From: the human T2T-CHM13v2.0 reference genome, Homo sapiens
NCBI RefSeq assembly: GCF_009914755.1
Contig: NC_060929.1
DNA length: 64,000 nucleotides
Reading direction: 5' to 3' (one strand)
In this document: positions 50,580 through 64,000 of the stretch, in pieces
Numbering within the stretch: position 1 is the first letter of the stretch
How the letters are laid out: each line of letters opens with the position of its first letter
Notes under the pieces: model-generated
Databases searched by the model: none
What the model saw: only the letters and a program-made list of their open reading frames with translations
Told to the model about the DNA's origin: nothing
Position numbers and translations under genes: made by a program

Positions 50580-52469
50580 TACTCATAAATGCATCCTGGG
50601 TATTGAATACCACTTCCACTTTTGTTTTTGAAATGTAAAGGCTGAAACAATCTGGAAAAGGCCAATACCATCACTAGGTTTTTACTGATAGGAAAGCTGG
50701 AAGCTAACTTGGTAAGATGCTCCCGGTGTGCACCACTATTGTGACACACCCAGCAATGAACTTTTGTAGAAGTGTGTAAGTGACAGAGCTGGAATTTCAA
50801 CTGTGAGGTGCATGATTATAAGGTCCTGCCTTTTGTATTAATACCTTCTCTCACTGCCTCGCTTTCAGTAATTCTGCTAAAATTAGCTGTGCTGATGTGG
50901 ATCAGTCCCTCACCTTTCTGAGCTTGATAGTTTTTGTTCTATCAGGAAGGTGGACAAGATGCTGTCTCCTTTCAGTCTCTGATCTAAGATGTCATATTAA
51001 GTGTCAAATTATAATTCTCATGAGCAGCACCCTTAAAGCAGCTTCTAAAAGATGGGGGAGTTGCCTCTGCCCAGGTGACTATCTCTACTGGGGACTACCT
51101 CAGGCTTGAATCTGTTTCATTGTGATTTGGTACTTTGCATACATTGCTGTCCTGCCTCTTATATTGAATGGCTTTATTTTAAGTTTGTATCATGAATATT
51201 TTCAAATTTCTATCCAAACTGTATGAGAAATATGATTTCTATATCATCTGTGTTACTCAAGAAGGGCTTTCAAAATGTCTTATAAAGAAAAAAGCCATGT
51301 TTTTATGACAATCTGCATCAGTCACTTTCCTATTTTTTATTTTTGCTTAACTTATTACCAATACATATATTGGAAATCTTTCTACTTAACAAAACCAAAA
51401 AAGAGGGAAAGAACCTCTTTTTAAAATTTGCATGGATTCTCTTTTATTCCTTCAAGTCATGAAGGTCTGGACATATGGTCAAAATGTTCAGAGGTAAATT
51501 CTTAGAATTCTGAATGGTATTTGTAATAACAAAGTATCCCAACAATTTTTTTATGGATTCAGCTAATTACTACAGATTTGGTTGCAATTCAAGTAACTTT
51601 AGTACCTTACGAAAAGTAAGATGCTTCAGGCAAGACTATCAGCATAAGAATAAGTGAGTTAGCAAGCATTAATAAACCTGGAGAACAACACTGTTAAATG
51701 TTTTATGCCTTTTTTGAGTACGTACCACTGCAGAAAATTGAATGAACAGCTTTTTGGCTATGAATGTTAGAAGTAAAATTTTTAAGCATTGTTTTGCTTT
51801 TCTTTTGGTGACAGACTTATCAAACTGAACATTTTCTGATACAGAATGCCTTCTAGGCATTCTTTCTCTTAGAGCTTAGCAATGTGTGTAAAAACTGTAG
51901 TCACCCTTCACATCTACCTTCTTTCTCTCCCAAAAACCATTCAACTGTTAAGTGTTTACTGAATGCCAACTCTGTGCCAGAGTTAGGGATACGCTATGCT
52001 CAGACTTGGAGTTAGAACAACGAAAAAGAATTATGTCATGTACTCTAGAAAGTCACAAAGTCCACATTGGTTTTGAGACAATATTTAGCGTTCAAGTTTC
52101 ACTGGATTCTTGAACAATGAATGACAAAATAATATCAATTATTTTCATTACGGCAAAAGCTTGCTGAATGTCTACCATGCCCTTAATGATCTGTGTTTCA
52201 AATATAAGAGGTACTATTTCTACCTTCAGAGAGGGTATTCTAGTGAGTTTACATATGGATTTTCTGTTCCCCCATAAGTAGGAGGAGAAGCATGAGCAGG
52301 AGGAGGAGCGGAAGGAGGAATCATATTTTAAAAATAATTTTTAAGTCTAATTTGTGCTAGGAATTCTTTGAATTTCAAATGAAGTATAATGTGATTTCTT
52401 AAAAATTACTTCTCATCTAGCTAGGGTAGAAACTAACGTTTATTGTGTTCTTGTATGTATCAGGGACTT

Positions 52470-52735
52470 TATATAATAATAGCCAATATTTATTGAGAAG
52501 TACGTAAGTGACTCAGATTATCTTTACATAGATTGCTTAATCCGTTAACATGATTTTTTTTTCCAATTCTGTTTATAAAGGTTGTTTTATCTAATCATCT
52601 CTAAAATGCCTTGAGATGGATATCATGCCCGTCCTCATTTTCTAGATGGAGAAACCTAGTCCCAAAGAGATTGATAAGTTAGACAAATTCACATAGTTAA
52701 TAAAGTATGGAGCTAGGATTTAATTTTAGGCAGAG
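52470..52735 (-). mobile_element. MIR fragment
   Basis: ataataatagccaatatttattgag...ctcattttctagatggagaaac...ggagctaggattt. Confidence 0.65.
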
Positions 52736-52876
52736 AAAGAGATTTCCCATGAAACAAAATTTAAAATTCAGGAACAATTACTTCTACCAGCTCCTTCCAA
52801 GAACTTATGCTTAAATCACATTTGTAACTTTGAACTGTTTATCTCAAGAATGACCCTAAAAAGTTTGCTAAGCTTC

Positions 52877-53233
<357 letters not shown>

Positions 53234-53289
53234 TCAACTTCCCATTAATAAAAGCTCCTCTCTACTTATTGAGCCATCTCCAGTTTTCC

Positions 53290-53730
53290 TCCTCTGACCA
53301 AATGGATCCCCTGGAAACAAAGGCCAATTTGGCCACTTCTCTGGGGCCTGTTTTCTTTCCATTTCTCAAAGACTGCAATCTGCCAGTTATATTTATTTTT
53401 ATTCCCTCTCCTTCATCTCTATTATCAATCTATTTCTCTCCATTATATTAGTCCCATCAGCATTCAAACATGCTCTAGTTTCACCATTTAAAAAGAGAGT
53501 TTAACAGAGGAAAAACATTTTAAAGCTCCCCATTTCCATTGCAGCTATGTTCATATCTTTCGAATCACTTTCCTCACTAGCAAAAAACCTATTGACTTGA
53601 TCTGTCTTTGCTACATTTATTTCCTCATTTATTCAACAAATACATATTTATACCTGCTAGGTGTCAGACATTGTGCTAAACCACAGGATAAAAACAAAGA
53701 ACAACACCAACTTCATAGGTATCATAGCTT
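53290..53730. mobile_element. L2 fragments
   Basis: cccatcagcattcaaacatgct (sense L2) and catttattcaacaaatacatattt..gtgtcagacattgtgcta (L2 3' end). Confidence 0.55.
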
Positions 53731-56066
53731 ATAACCAAAGTTTGTGTCGGGTGTGTACTATTATCTCAAGTGCATTCAAGAAATAATACGGATCTTAGTT
53801 GTCCGATTTTCATCCTAGCTCTTATGAAGTATGTTCAGGTTTTGGGTATTTGGTGATCCCATATGTGAGAAAAATCAATCTTCTAAAAAAATTGCAAAAT
53901 TTAAAGGAACTTTTAGATGTCAAACCTGGTATTTATTTGATCTAAATTTATCATGCTGCATTATCATCTAAGGGTATTAGTCTGCTTTTAATTTAAGACC
54001 TGGGCTTCACCAAAACATTTTGGTTTGGTGATCAAAGTGGATACACACTGTTCTTATCATGTGCCGAAAACAAGAGGGATGCTAACCCACATAATGGGAT
54101 TTTTCTGGCATTTCTATTAATATAGGTATGTTTTATTGATCCCATTTTACAGATAAGGTAAGCATTAAAGATAAGCTAAAATTTTTCCAGTATAACCTAA
54201 TCAATTATGTACAAAAACAAGATTTGAATACAGTTCTCTTAATTACACAGACCAAAGTTTTTCAAATATGTTTTATAAATGCAGCAGAAACAGGAGACCG
54301 AATGGGTGAGATTAGATAGGGACAAACGAATCATAAAGGTGAACATTGTGGAGCACGGCTTCAGAAGGAGACAAGGAAAACACCTATATAGAAAAACTTT
54401 ATGTAGAAAATGTCCAATTATTTATGCCCAAGCAAGGCAAAACCACAAAAAAGTAGCAATAGACAATATAATGTCGTTTGAAGTATTTCCTAGTCTGGCC
54501 CTCGTCCTTATCAATGGAAGAGAAGCTTTTTAAAAGTTCCATCCAAGAGAAGTTAGTAGACAAGTGAGTGAGCAATTGATAAATTGTTTGTGTTTCATCA
54601 TCATGTTCTATGTAATCAGATTTGTAGTGTTTTTGTAGAATACTCACAAGCTCCTGTTATTTTTTTCTCTCCAAAATATTCTATTCCTTTGCTGTTTTAG
54701 GAGAAGCATTTTAAAGGAAGATTTGTTCCTAGTTTCATTTAACTGAATTTAAGCTTATTTGAAATTCTCATGATTTAGTGTTCTGCAGAGAGTTTTGTTG
54801 TATTTTTTTCTCCCTTTAATTTTAACTTGAACAGCTTGATGAGAGTTTAATAGAATTTGTTTTAAAGTTATTGCTGACCTTGAATTAAATGGGAGCCACT
54901 ATATCCCCATGCAGGTGTGGGCTTCAATTTATGGCAAATATGTTTGTCTTTACAGTCATGCATAATTTCCAAATTCCAGAAATTACTTCTGTTTTATAGC
55001 TGTACCTTCTAAACCCATCATAAGGAGGGCTCTGTCAGCACTTCTATTACATTCTTTACTTTACAGAGGTTTATAACATAGTCATAAAACTCACTCTACG
55101 ATTAGTTTTGGCAGATAAACTCTCATCTAGGGGAGGAAGGTGTTGTTTTTTCCAACAATTTAAAAAGACCATACTGGCTTGCCTGTTCTCACACAACTGG
55201 AGTTCATAGACTCATTTTTGCTACAAAACCTTTCTTTGGGTTTTGTAAAAGAGGATGCCCTAATTAGCCTTCATATATTTGTGCATTAGAACCTCTCTTT
55301 TCTCCCCAGGAAGGAGAACTGCATAGTAATTCAAAGTTTGGATACCAGATGTTAGTTCAGATCCCTACTCTATGATTTTAATAGGTCTGAGATTGTGAAT
55401 CAGCTATTTAGTATATAAAATAAGCATTTAATAAGTAGTAGCTATATAGGTATATGCTATCTCATTATTTTTAGTCCTGTTATCACTTAGGAACTTAATG
55501 AGCTCCTTAATCATATGCATATCTCTAAATAATGAATCAAATTTGTTCTTTCATGTTGTTGTTCAATAGTGATTATAAGACTGGATATTAGAGATACAAA
55601 GGTAATGAAACATGGCTTCTGCCGTCAAGGGATATGTAGTTCAGTAAGAAAAAGTCAGACTTTTAAGGAAACAATTCAAATCCAAACTATTTAGTGTTTC
55701 CCTGGAAGCTTGGACAGCTCAGAGCAAAGACAGCTTATTCCGACTAGGGCCTCAGTGAAGGTTTTTTAATGCGGTAAATGGAAGGGAGGAATTCCTTCAT
55801 ACTAAAGAATGATAGGATGATTGCAAGCCAGTTAGATAAACATCCACAAGTAAAGCATGAAGGGGTAAGCTGGCAACTAGAATATGACTGGAGTTAAGCC
55901 TATAGGAGGATGGCAGGTGGGAAGGAGGGATAGCAAAAAGCTGTAATGGAAAGATCTTCCTATTCCTTCTCCCACATGGGAAATGTGCTCGACTCTCTCT
56001 TGGTCAGATATCCTGTATGCCATATATTCATTACTATTTATTTTGGTGGAGCATGTTCACCAGTAG

Positions 56067-56735
<669 letters not shown>

Positions 56736-58793
56736 TAAATGCATTGTCTTCAAGCATGAAATCTAAAGCCCTTCTGATTTCCGATCTTTGCATATGACCT
56801 ACACTTTCCTCCTTCAGTGGTTTTAGAATGTTCTTTTTGCCACTGTCTTTCTGATATTTAACCTACTTTTACCAGCTGTTCTAGACAATCTATTGCATTT
56901 ATAATTCAGAAACTTACATCCTTCAGAGCTGGGAAATTTTCTCAAAATATTACATTGGTCATTTTTTCAGTTTCCTTCTTTTCTTAATATTTTGGAATGC
57001 CTCTTATTCAGATGTGAGATAGTATTGTCATTGCTCTAATTTTCTTATTCTTTCTCTCTTCCATTATTTTGTCCTTTTGATCTACTTTCGTGTTATTTTA
57101 TTTTCTTAACCTTATCTTTCAGTCCTTCTACTGATTTATTTTTTTCCCATTTTGCCTTTATGTTTTAAATTACCAAAGGCCATTTTTAAGTAATTCTTAA
57201 AAATTATATTCTATTTTATTCCAGGTTTTTATAGGTATAATTGACAGATAATATTGCATATATTAAAGAACAACAATGAGAGGAATCCATATACATATAC
57301 ATTATAAAATGATTACCACAATCAAGTTAGTTAACATATCCACCAATGCACAGTTACCTTATGTGCCTGTGTGTGTATTCTAAGAACACTAAAGATCTAC
57401 TCTCAGCAAATCTCAACTATATGATGCAATATTATTAACTACAGCCACTATGCTGTACATTTGATCTGCAGAACTTATTCATCTATAACTGAAAGTTGTG
57501 TTCTTTGACCAGTATCTTTTCACCCACCCTCTAGCTCCTAAAAACCACCATTCTACTCTATGTTTTTATGAGTTAGACATTTTTACATTCCAAATATGTT
57601 GCCCACATGTGAATGAGATCATGTCTTTCTGTGTTTGGCTTATTTCACCAAGAAAAATGCCCTCCAGTTTCATCCATGTTGTCACAAATAGCAAGATTTC
57701 CTGCTTCTTTATGGCTAAAAAACAGTTCATTCTCTCTCTCTCTTTCTTTCTCTCTTTCTTTGTAATATTTCCTTTATCTATCTATCCATCACCAGACACT
57801 TAGATTGTTTCCATGTCTTGGCTATTGTGAACAATGCTGCCATGGATGTGAGAGTGTAGATATCTCTTATACCTCTTCAAGATATTGATTTTGTTTCTTT
57901 CAGTTGTATATCCATAGGAGTAATTTGCTGGATCATATTGTAGTTCTATTTTAAAATTTTTGAGAAATTTTCATACCATTTTCCATAGCAAATGTACCAA
58001 TTTACATTCCCACCAATAGCGCATAATGGATCCTTTTTTCTCGACATCCTTGTTAAAACATGTTATCTCGTGTCTTTGAACAGCAATTCTAACAGGTGTG
58101 ATATTACTGTGGTTTTGATTTCTGTTTCCCTGATGATAAGTGATGTTGTGAACCTTTTCATATTCCTGTTGGCTATTTGTATGTCTTCTTTGGGAAAAAA
58201 AAATCTATCGAAGTCCTTTAGCCCATTTTTTAATCAGATTTTTTTTTTTGTGGGGGATGCTATTGAATCATATGAGTTACTTATATATTTTGCATATTAA
58301 CTTCTTATCAGATATATGGTTTGAAAATGTTTTCTCCTGTTCCATAGATTTTCTTTTCACTCTGTTGTTTCCTTTACCGTGTAGAAACATTTAAGCTCAA
58401 TATAGTCCCTTTTGTCTACTTTTGCATTTTTTGTCTGTGATTTTGTTGTCATATCCAAAATGCACTGACCAATGTTAAGGAGCTTTTTCCCTATGTTTTC
58501 TTTTACGAGTTTTGTAGTTTCAGGTCTTAAATGTAGCTCCTGTTCTTCAACTTTTTGGAAGAATTTGAGTAGAATAGGCGTTAATTCTTCTTTAAATGTT
58601 CAGTAGAATTCACCAGTGAAAGCATCAGGTTTTGGGCTTTTATTTGAAGGAAGACAATTTGTTTACTGATTTCTCTCCTTATTCAATATAGGTCTGTTTA
58701 GATTTTCATTTCTTCATGATCCAGTCTGGGAAGGTTTTATGTTTCTAAAAATTTATTCATTTTTTTAGGTTATTCACTTTGTTGACATATAAC

Positions 58794-59092
<299 letters not shown>

Positions 59093-60826
59093 ACATTTAA
59101 TTTTTCATTATACTGTCATGATCCTTTGTATTTCTGTAGTAACAGTTATAATATCTTCTCTTTCAATTCTGATTTTATTTACTTATTTTCTCCTTCTTCA
59201 TTAGTCTAAGTTTTGTCAATTTTTTTTATCTTAGTAAATAAACTTAGCTTTTAAACAGTAAAACCAACTTGTAGTTTCACTGAATTTTTTTCTGTTGTTA
59301 TTTCAGTCTCAATTTCATTTATTTCTGCTCTGATCTTTATTTACTTCTTTCTAATAACTTTAGGTTTTGTCTATTATTTTTTTATTTCCTTGAAGTATAA
59401 AATTAGGTTGCTTATTTGAGATTATTTTTCTTCATGTAGGCGTTTTTCTCAATAAACTTTCCACTTCAATCTGCTTTTGCTTTATCCCACAAGTTTTGGT
59501 ATGTTCTATTTCCGTTGTCATTTGTCTCAAGGTATTTTTTGATTTCTGTTTTAATTTCTTCTTTGATCCATTTCTTCTTCAGGAGTATTTCACTTAATTT
59601 GCACATATTTGTGAATTTTCCAATTTTCCTGTTACTGATTTATATTTTCATACCATTGTGAAAAGATACTTGATATGATTTAAACCTTGAATTTGTTAAG
59701 ACTTGTTTTGTGGCCTAACATCTGCTCCATCCCAGAGAAATTCCATGTGTGATTGAGAAGAATGTTTATTCTGCAGTTGTTGGATGAAATGCTCTGTATA
59801 TATATATATACGCTAGGTCCACTTGGTCTGCAGTGTTGTTCAAGTCCACTGTTTCCTAATTGATCTCTGTCTGGTTAGTAAATACATTGTTGACAGTGTG
59901 GGTATTAATGTCTTCTAATATTATTGTATTGCTTTTTATTTCTCCTTTCAATTCTGTAAATATTGCTTTGTACATTTAGGTGCTATATATAATGTTGGTT
60001 GCATAAATATTTGCGATTGTCGTATCTTCTTGATAAATGAACTCTTTTTACATTATATGAATTTCCTTGTCTCTTGTGACAGTTTTTGACTTAAAGCCTA
60101 TTGATACAAAAAAAGCCTCCACGAATGTGTTTCTGTTACCATTTGTGCAGAATATGTTTTTTCAGCCTTTCATTTTTAGCCAATTTAAAGCAAAGAAAGA
60201 GAAGTATATAGTTGCATTATGTTTGGTTTTTGTTTTTCAATTTATTCATTTTGGTTGGATAACAATTTGTTTACACTTAAATTAATTATTAATATGTAAG
60301 TACTTACTATTACCATTTTTTATTGTATTGTGACCATTTTGTAGTTCCTTTTGTCATTTCTTGCTGTGCCTTTGTGATTTGATGACCTTTTGTGTCTGTA
60401 TGCTTTGATTCTTTCTCTTAATTATTTGTGTACTTACTACAGTTTTTTTTGTGTGTGCATGATTATCCTGAGGCTTACATAAGCTATCTTATAGTTATAA
60501 TATTCTATTTTAAGGATAAATTAACTTTGATCACACACCAAAATATCTATACATTTAATTCTACCTCATAACATTTTAGGTCATTAATGTCAACCTCTTT
60601 TTTGTTTTGTATATTCATTAACAAATTATTCTGATTATACTCATTTGTAATATGCTTGGTTTTGAACTTTTACATAAAAATTGAAAGTAATGTAAGGACC
60701 ACTATTGCAATATTAGAGAATTTTGAGTTTGACTATATATTTACATTTGCCAGTGAATTGTATACATTCATATGTTTTTATAATGTGAATTAGCACCCTA
60801 CATTTCAGCTTCAAGAACTTTCTTTA

Positions 60827-61162
<336 letters not shown>

Positions 61163-61458
61163 TTAGCATTTCTTGTAAGGCAGATATCATAGCCATTAAC
61201 TCTCTTAGCTTTTGTTTGTTTGAGAAAGTCTTTATCTCTTCTTCCCTTCTGAAAAATTGCTTTGCTGGATATAGTATTCTTGGCTGACAGGTTTTTTTGT
61301 TTTTCTTTCAATATTTTGAATATATTACCTTACTCTCTTAGAACTTGCCAAGTTTTTGCTGAGAAATCTGCTTATAGTCTTATAAGGTCCGACTTATGTG
61401 ATAAGTCTGTTTTTATTTATTTGTTTTCAAAACTGTCTTTAATTCTTGACAATTTCTA

Positions 61459-61779
<321 letters not shown>

Positions 61780-61990
61780 TTATTCCCTTTTCTCTCAGTC
61801 TTCTCATTTTGTTCATGTGTTGTTTTGCTATTTTAATTTAGTTTTCTATCTGTGTGTTTTTTTTTTTTTTTTGGTAGTTCACTGAACTTTTTTTAAGAGA
61901 ATTGTTTTGAATTATTTGTCAGTCAGTTCATAGAGCTCCATTTCTTTTAGAGTCAGTTATTGGAGGTTTAGTAGGTTTATTTTATTTTTT

Positions 61991-61994
<4 letters not shown>

Positions 61995-62032
<38 letters not shown>

Positions 62033-62039
62033 CACGTGC
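61995..62039. repeat. (TG)n-CGCGCACACGTGC alternating purine-pyrimidine tract
   Basis: Directly visible, 45 bp of strict R/Y alternation. Confidence 0.9.
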
Positions 62040-62066
62040 TGGTGGTAGTGGTTATGTTTCTGTTTG

Positions 62067-62372
<306 letters not shown>

Positions 62373-64000
62373 TGATTGTTTATCATCCTGTGTCCTTGCA
62401 TTGGTATCTGAGCCTTTTAGGAAATAGTCACCCCTTTTAATCTTTAGAGGTTTACTTTGGCAGAAAAAAAAAGTCTTCTTTTCAGTCAGTCCAGCCTGGG
62501 GTTTGTGATGGGACACATGGTGGCAGCTGCAACCATACAGGGTTTGCTGTCATGGTCTCTGTAGATAAGATTATTGCTTAACTCTGAGATCAGGTGGAGC
62601 TGCTGGCTAAGCTTTGTGGTGGGTCAGATCTACTGTCTGGACTCTTTGTTCAGGTGGGGCTGCTGCATGAACTCCATAATAACCTCTGGTCAGATAGGGT
62701 CACAGCTGTTCTCCCAGGCCAGGCAGTGCCACTAGCTGGACTCTGTAATTAATTGGGGCTGCAGGCTCCACAATTGCCCCTGATCAGATGAGGCCACAGA
62801 CTGTAATCCTTGTTTTGAGGTGCCATTAATTGGACTCTGCATTCATACAGGGCCACAAGCTGGACTTTGAAATCATACAGGGACCAGACCATAATCCACA
62901 GTTGGATAGGGTCATTGCTGGGCTCTGCTATAGGCTGTGCTTCATGGTTTGACAAGATCACTGATTCTGCTCATGATTGGGCAAAGCCATCAACTTGGCT
63001 TGCAGATGTGCAGAGCTGCTGGTTGGCCCCTCTGGTTGGGTGCAACCACCAGCAGGTATACAGTGCCACTGCCAAGATTCACACGCTACTTCTTTGTTCC
63101 TAACTGACCCCAGGTGTTCCAGACTTGTCAGTTCCCCCAGTGATTCTCATAAGACAAACACAGAAATGTGTCTCCCATGAAGTACCTCGAAATGCTGGGG
63201 AAGCTAGATACCCACCTTGGCCTCTCCATTGGTCCAGGGCATTCCTCTCATTGTGGCACTGTGCCAGCCCAGGGGAGGGGTAAATAGGGTCAAAATGAAA
63301 CCATTCCTTTTACCTTTTTAATTCAACTTTTTCCATGTTGTTTTGTTGCAGGGGGTGCTTTAGCCTCACCTCACATTCTGGAATATTCACTTAAGTGTTC
63401 TTGTCTGTGGATAGTTGTTAATCAGTATTTCTATGTGGTAGACTAAGGCTGATGACCCCTTATTCTGCCATCTAACTGATGTAACTCTCACATTAGAATT
63501 TGCTATGAGGCAGTTATAAGCTCCTATTAAATTGATGGTAATGAGGATTTTTTTCTGAATAGTTTCTATTTCATACATTTTTCATTGTATTGATTACTTT
63601 TTATTGGTCTCTATCTTCCATATTAGAGGCTTTCTTTGGATATTTGGTAATATTGGCTGTCTTCTCATGATTAAGAAAGTTAAGATATAATATGAAACTA
63701 TGAAAACTTAAGTAGTATTTATTTACTTTGGGCTTCAAAGTGTACTTTACTGGGCAGGTCATTTTGGGGGAATTCCTTACATAAGTATTTTTTGGTATAT
63801 CTTCTTTGATTAGTCAGGTTCCCCAGAGAAAACTTTTTAAACTTCTACTAGAAAGTAAAACTTCAAGTATTGATACTTTGAGAGTTTGTATTCTGGAAAA
63901 AGTGTTGAGATTCTATGAGTTAAGCATTTTATATACGTATATCACAAATTTGAGGTGCAAATCAAGTTAGTTTCTAAACTTTTCACTGCCAGTTTACAAT

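Noticed and set aside
53745-54052. Possible old DNA transposon with ends cgggtgtgtac / gatacacactg
   Set aside because: The terminal match is weak and I cannot assign a family without a Dfam search.
54279-54647. Overlapping ORFs of 84 and 82 aa in unique DNA
   Set aside because: No recognisable domain or convincing splice context; lengths are compatible with chance.

Overview
AT-rich, CpG-depleted primate genomic DNA, most likely human or another great ape given the AluY and L1PA3/4-type copies. It looks like an intergenic region or a long intron. I recognise no host protein-coding gene, tRNA/rRNA or CRISPR array. The long ORFs in the track are L1 ORF1/ORF2 remnants or reads through Alu and other repeats. 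About 0.7-18.5 kb is a nested stack of L1s of different ages with Alus. Other elements are a 5'-truncated L1PA (36.5-41.8 kb), a 5'-inverted L1PA carrying a THE1A LTR (29.3-31.6 kb), an internally deleted L1MA9-like element (57.2-63.5 kb), solo LTRs (MST, THE1A, MER66, MER57), DNA-transposon fossils (Tigger3a, Tigger2a with a nested MER1A, MER102) and MIR/L2 fragments. Best leads: (1) two inverted L1PA copies about 35 kb apart share a private deletion, stop codon and substitutions over a tract of at least 375 bp, suggesting ectopic gene conversion; (2) a ~405-bp insert that resembles no repeat I know, with a 16-bp TSD, AATAAA and an A-rich tail, i.e. a retrocopy or orphan transduction; (3) a MER66 LTR with an RFX box and TATA, a weakened polyA signal and a splice donor at its edge, a candidate LTR-driven spliced lncRNA; (4) a CpG-retaining candidate exon at 43.7 kb. 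Repeat subfamily names come from remembered consensus sequences, not a RepeatMasker run, and boundaries of old elements are approximate. I found no evidence of a wholly new biological system.
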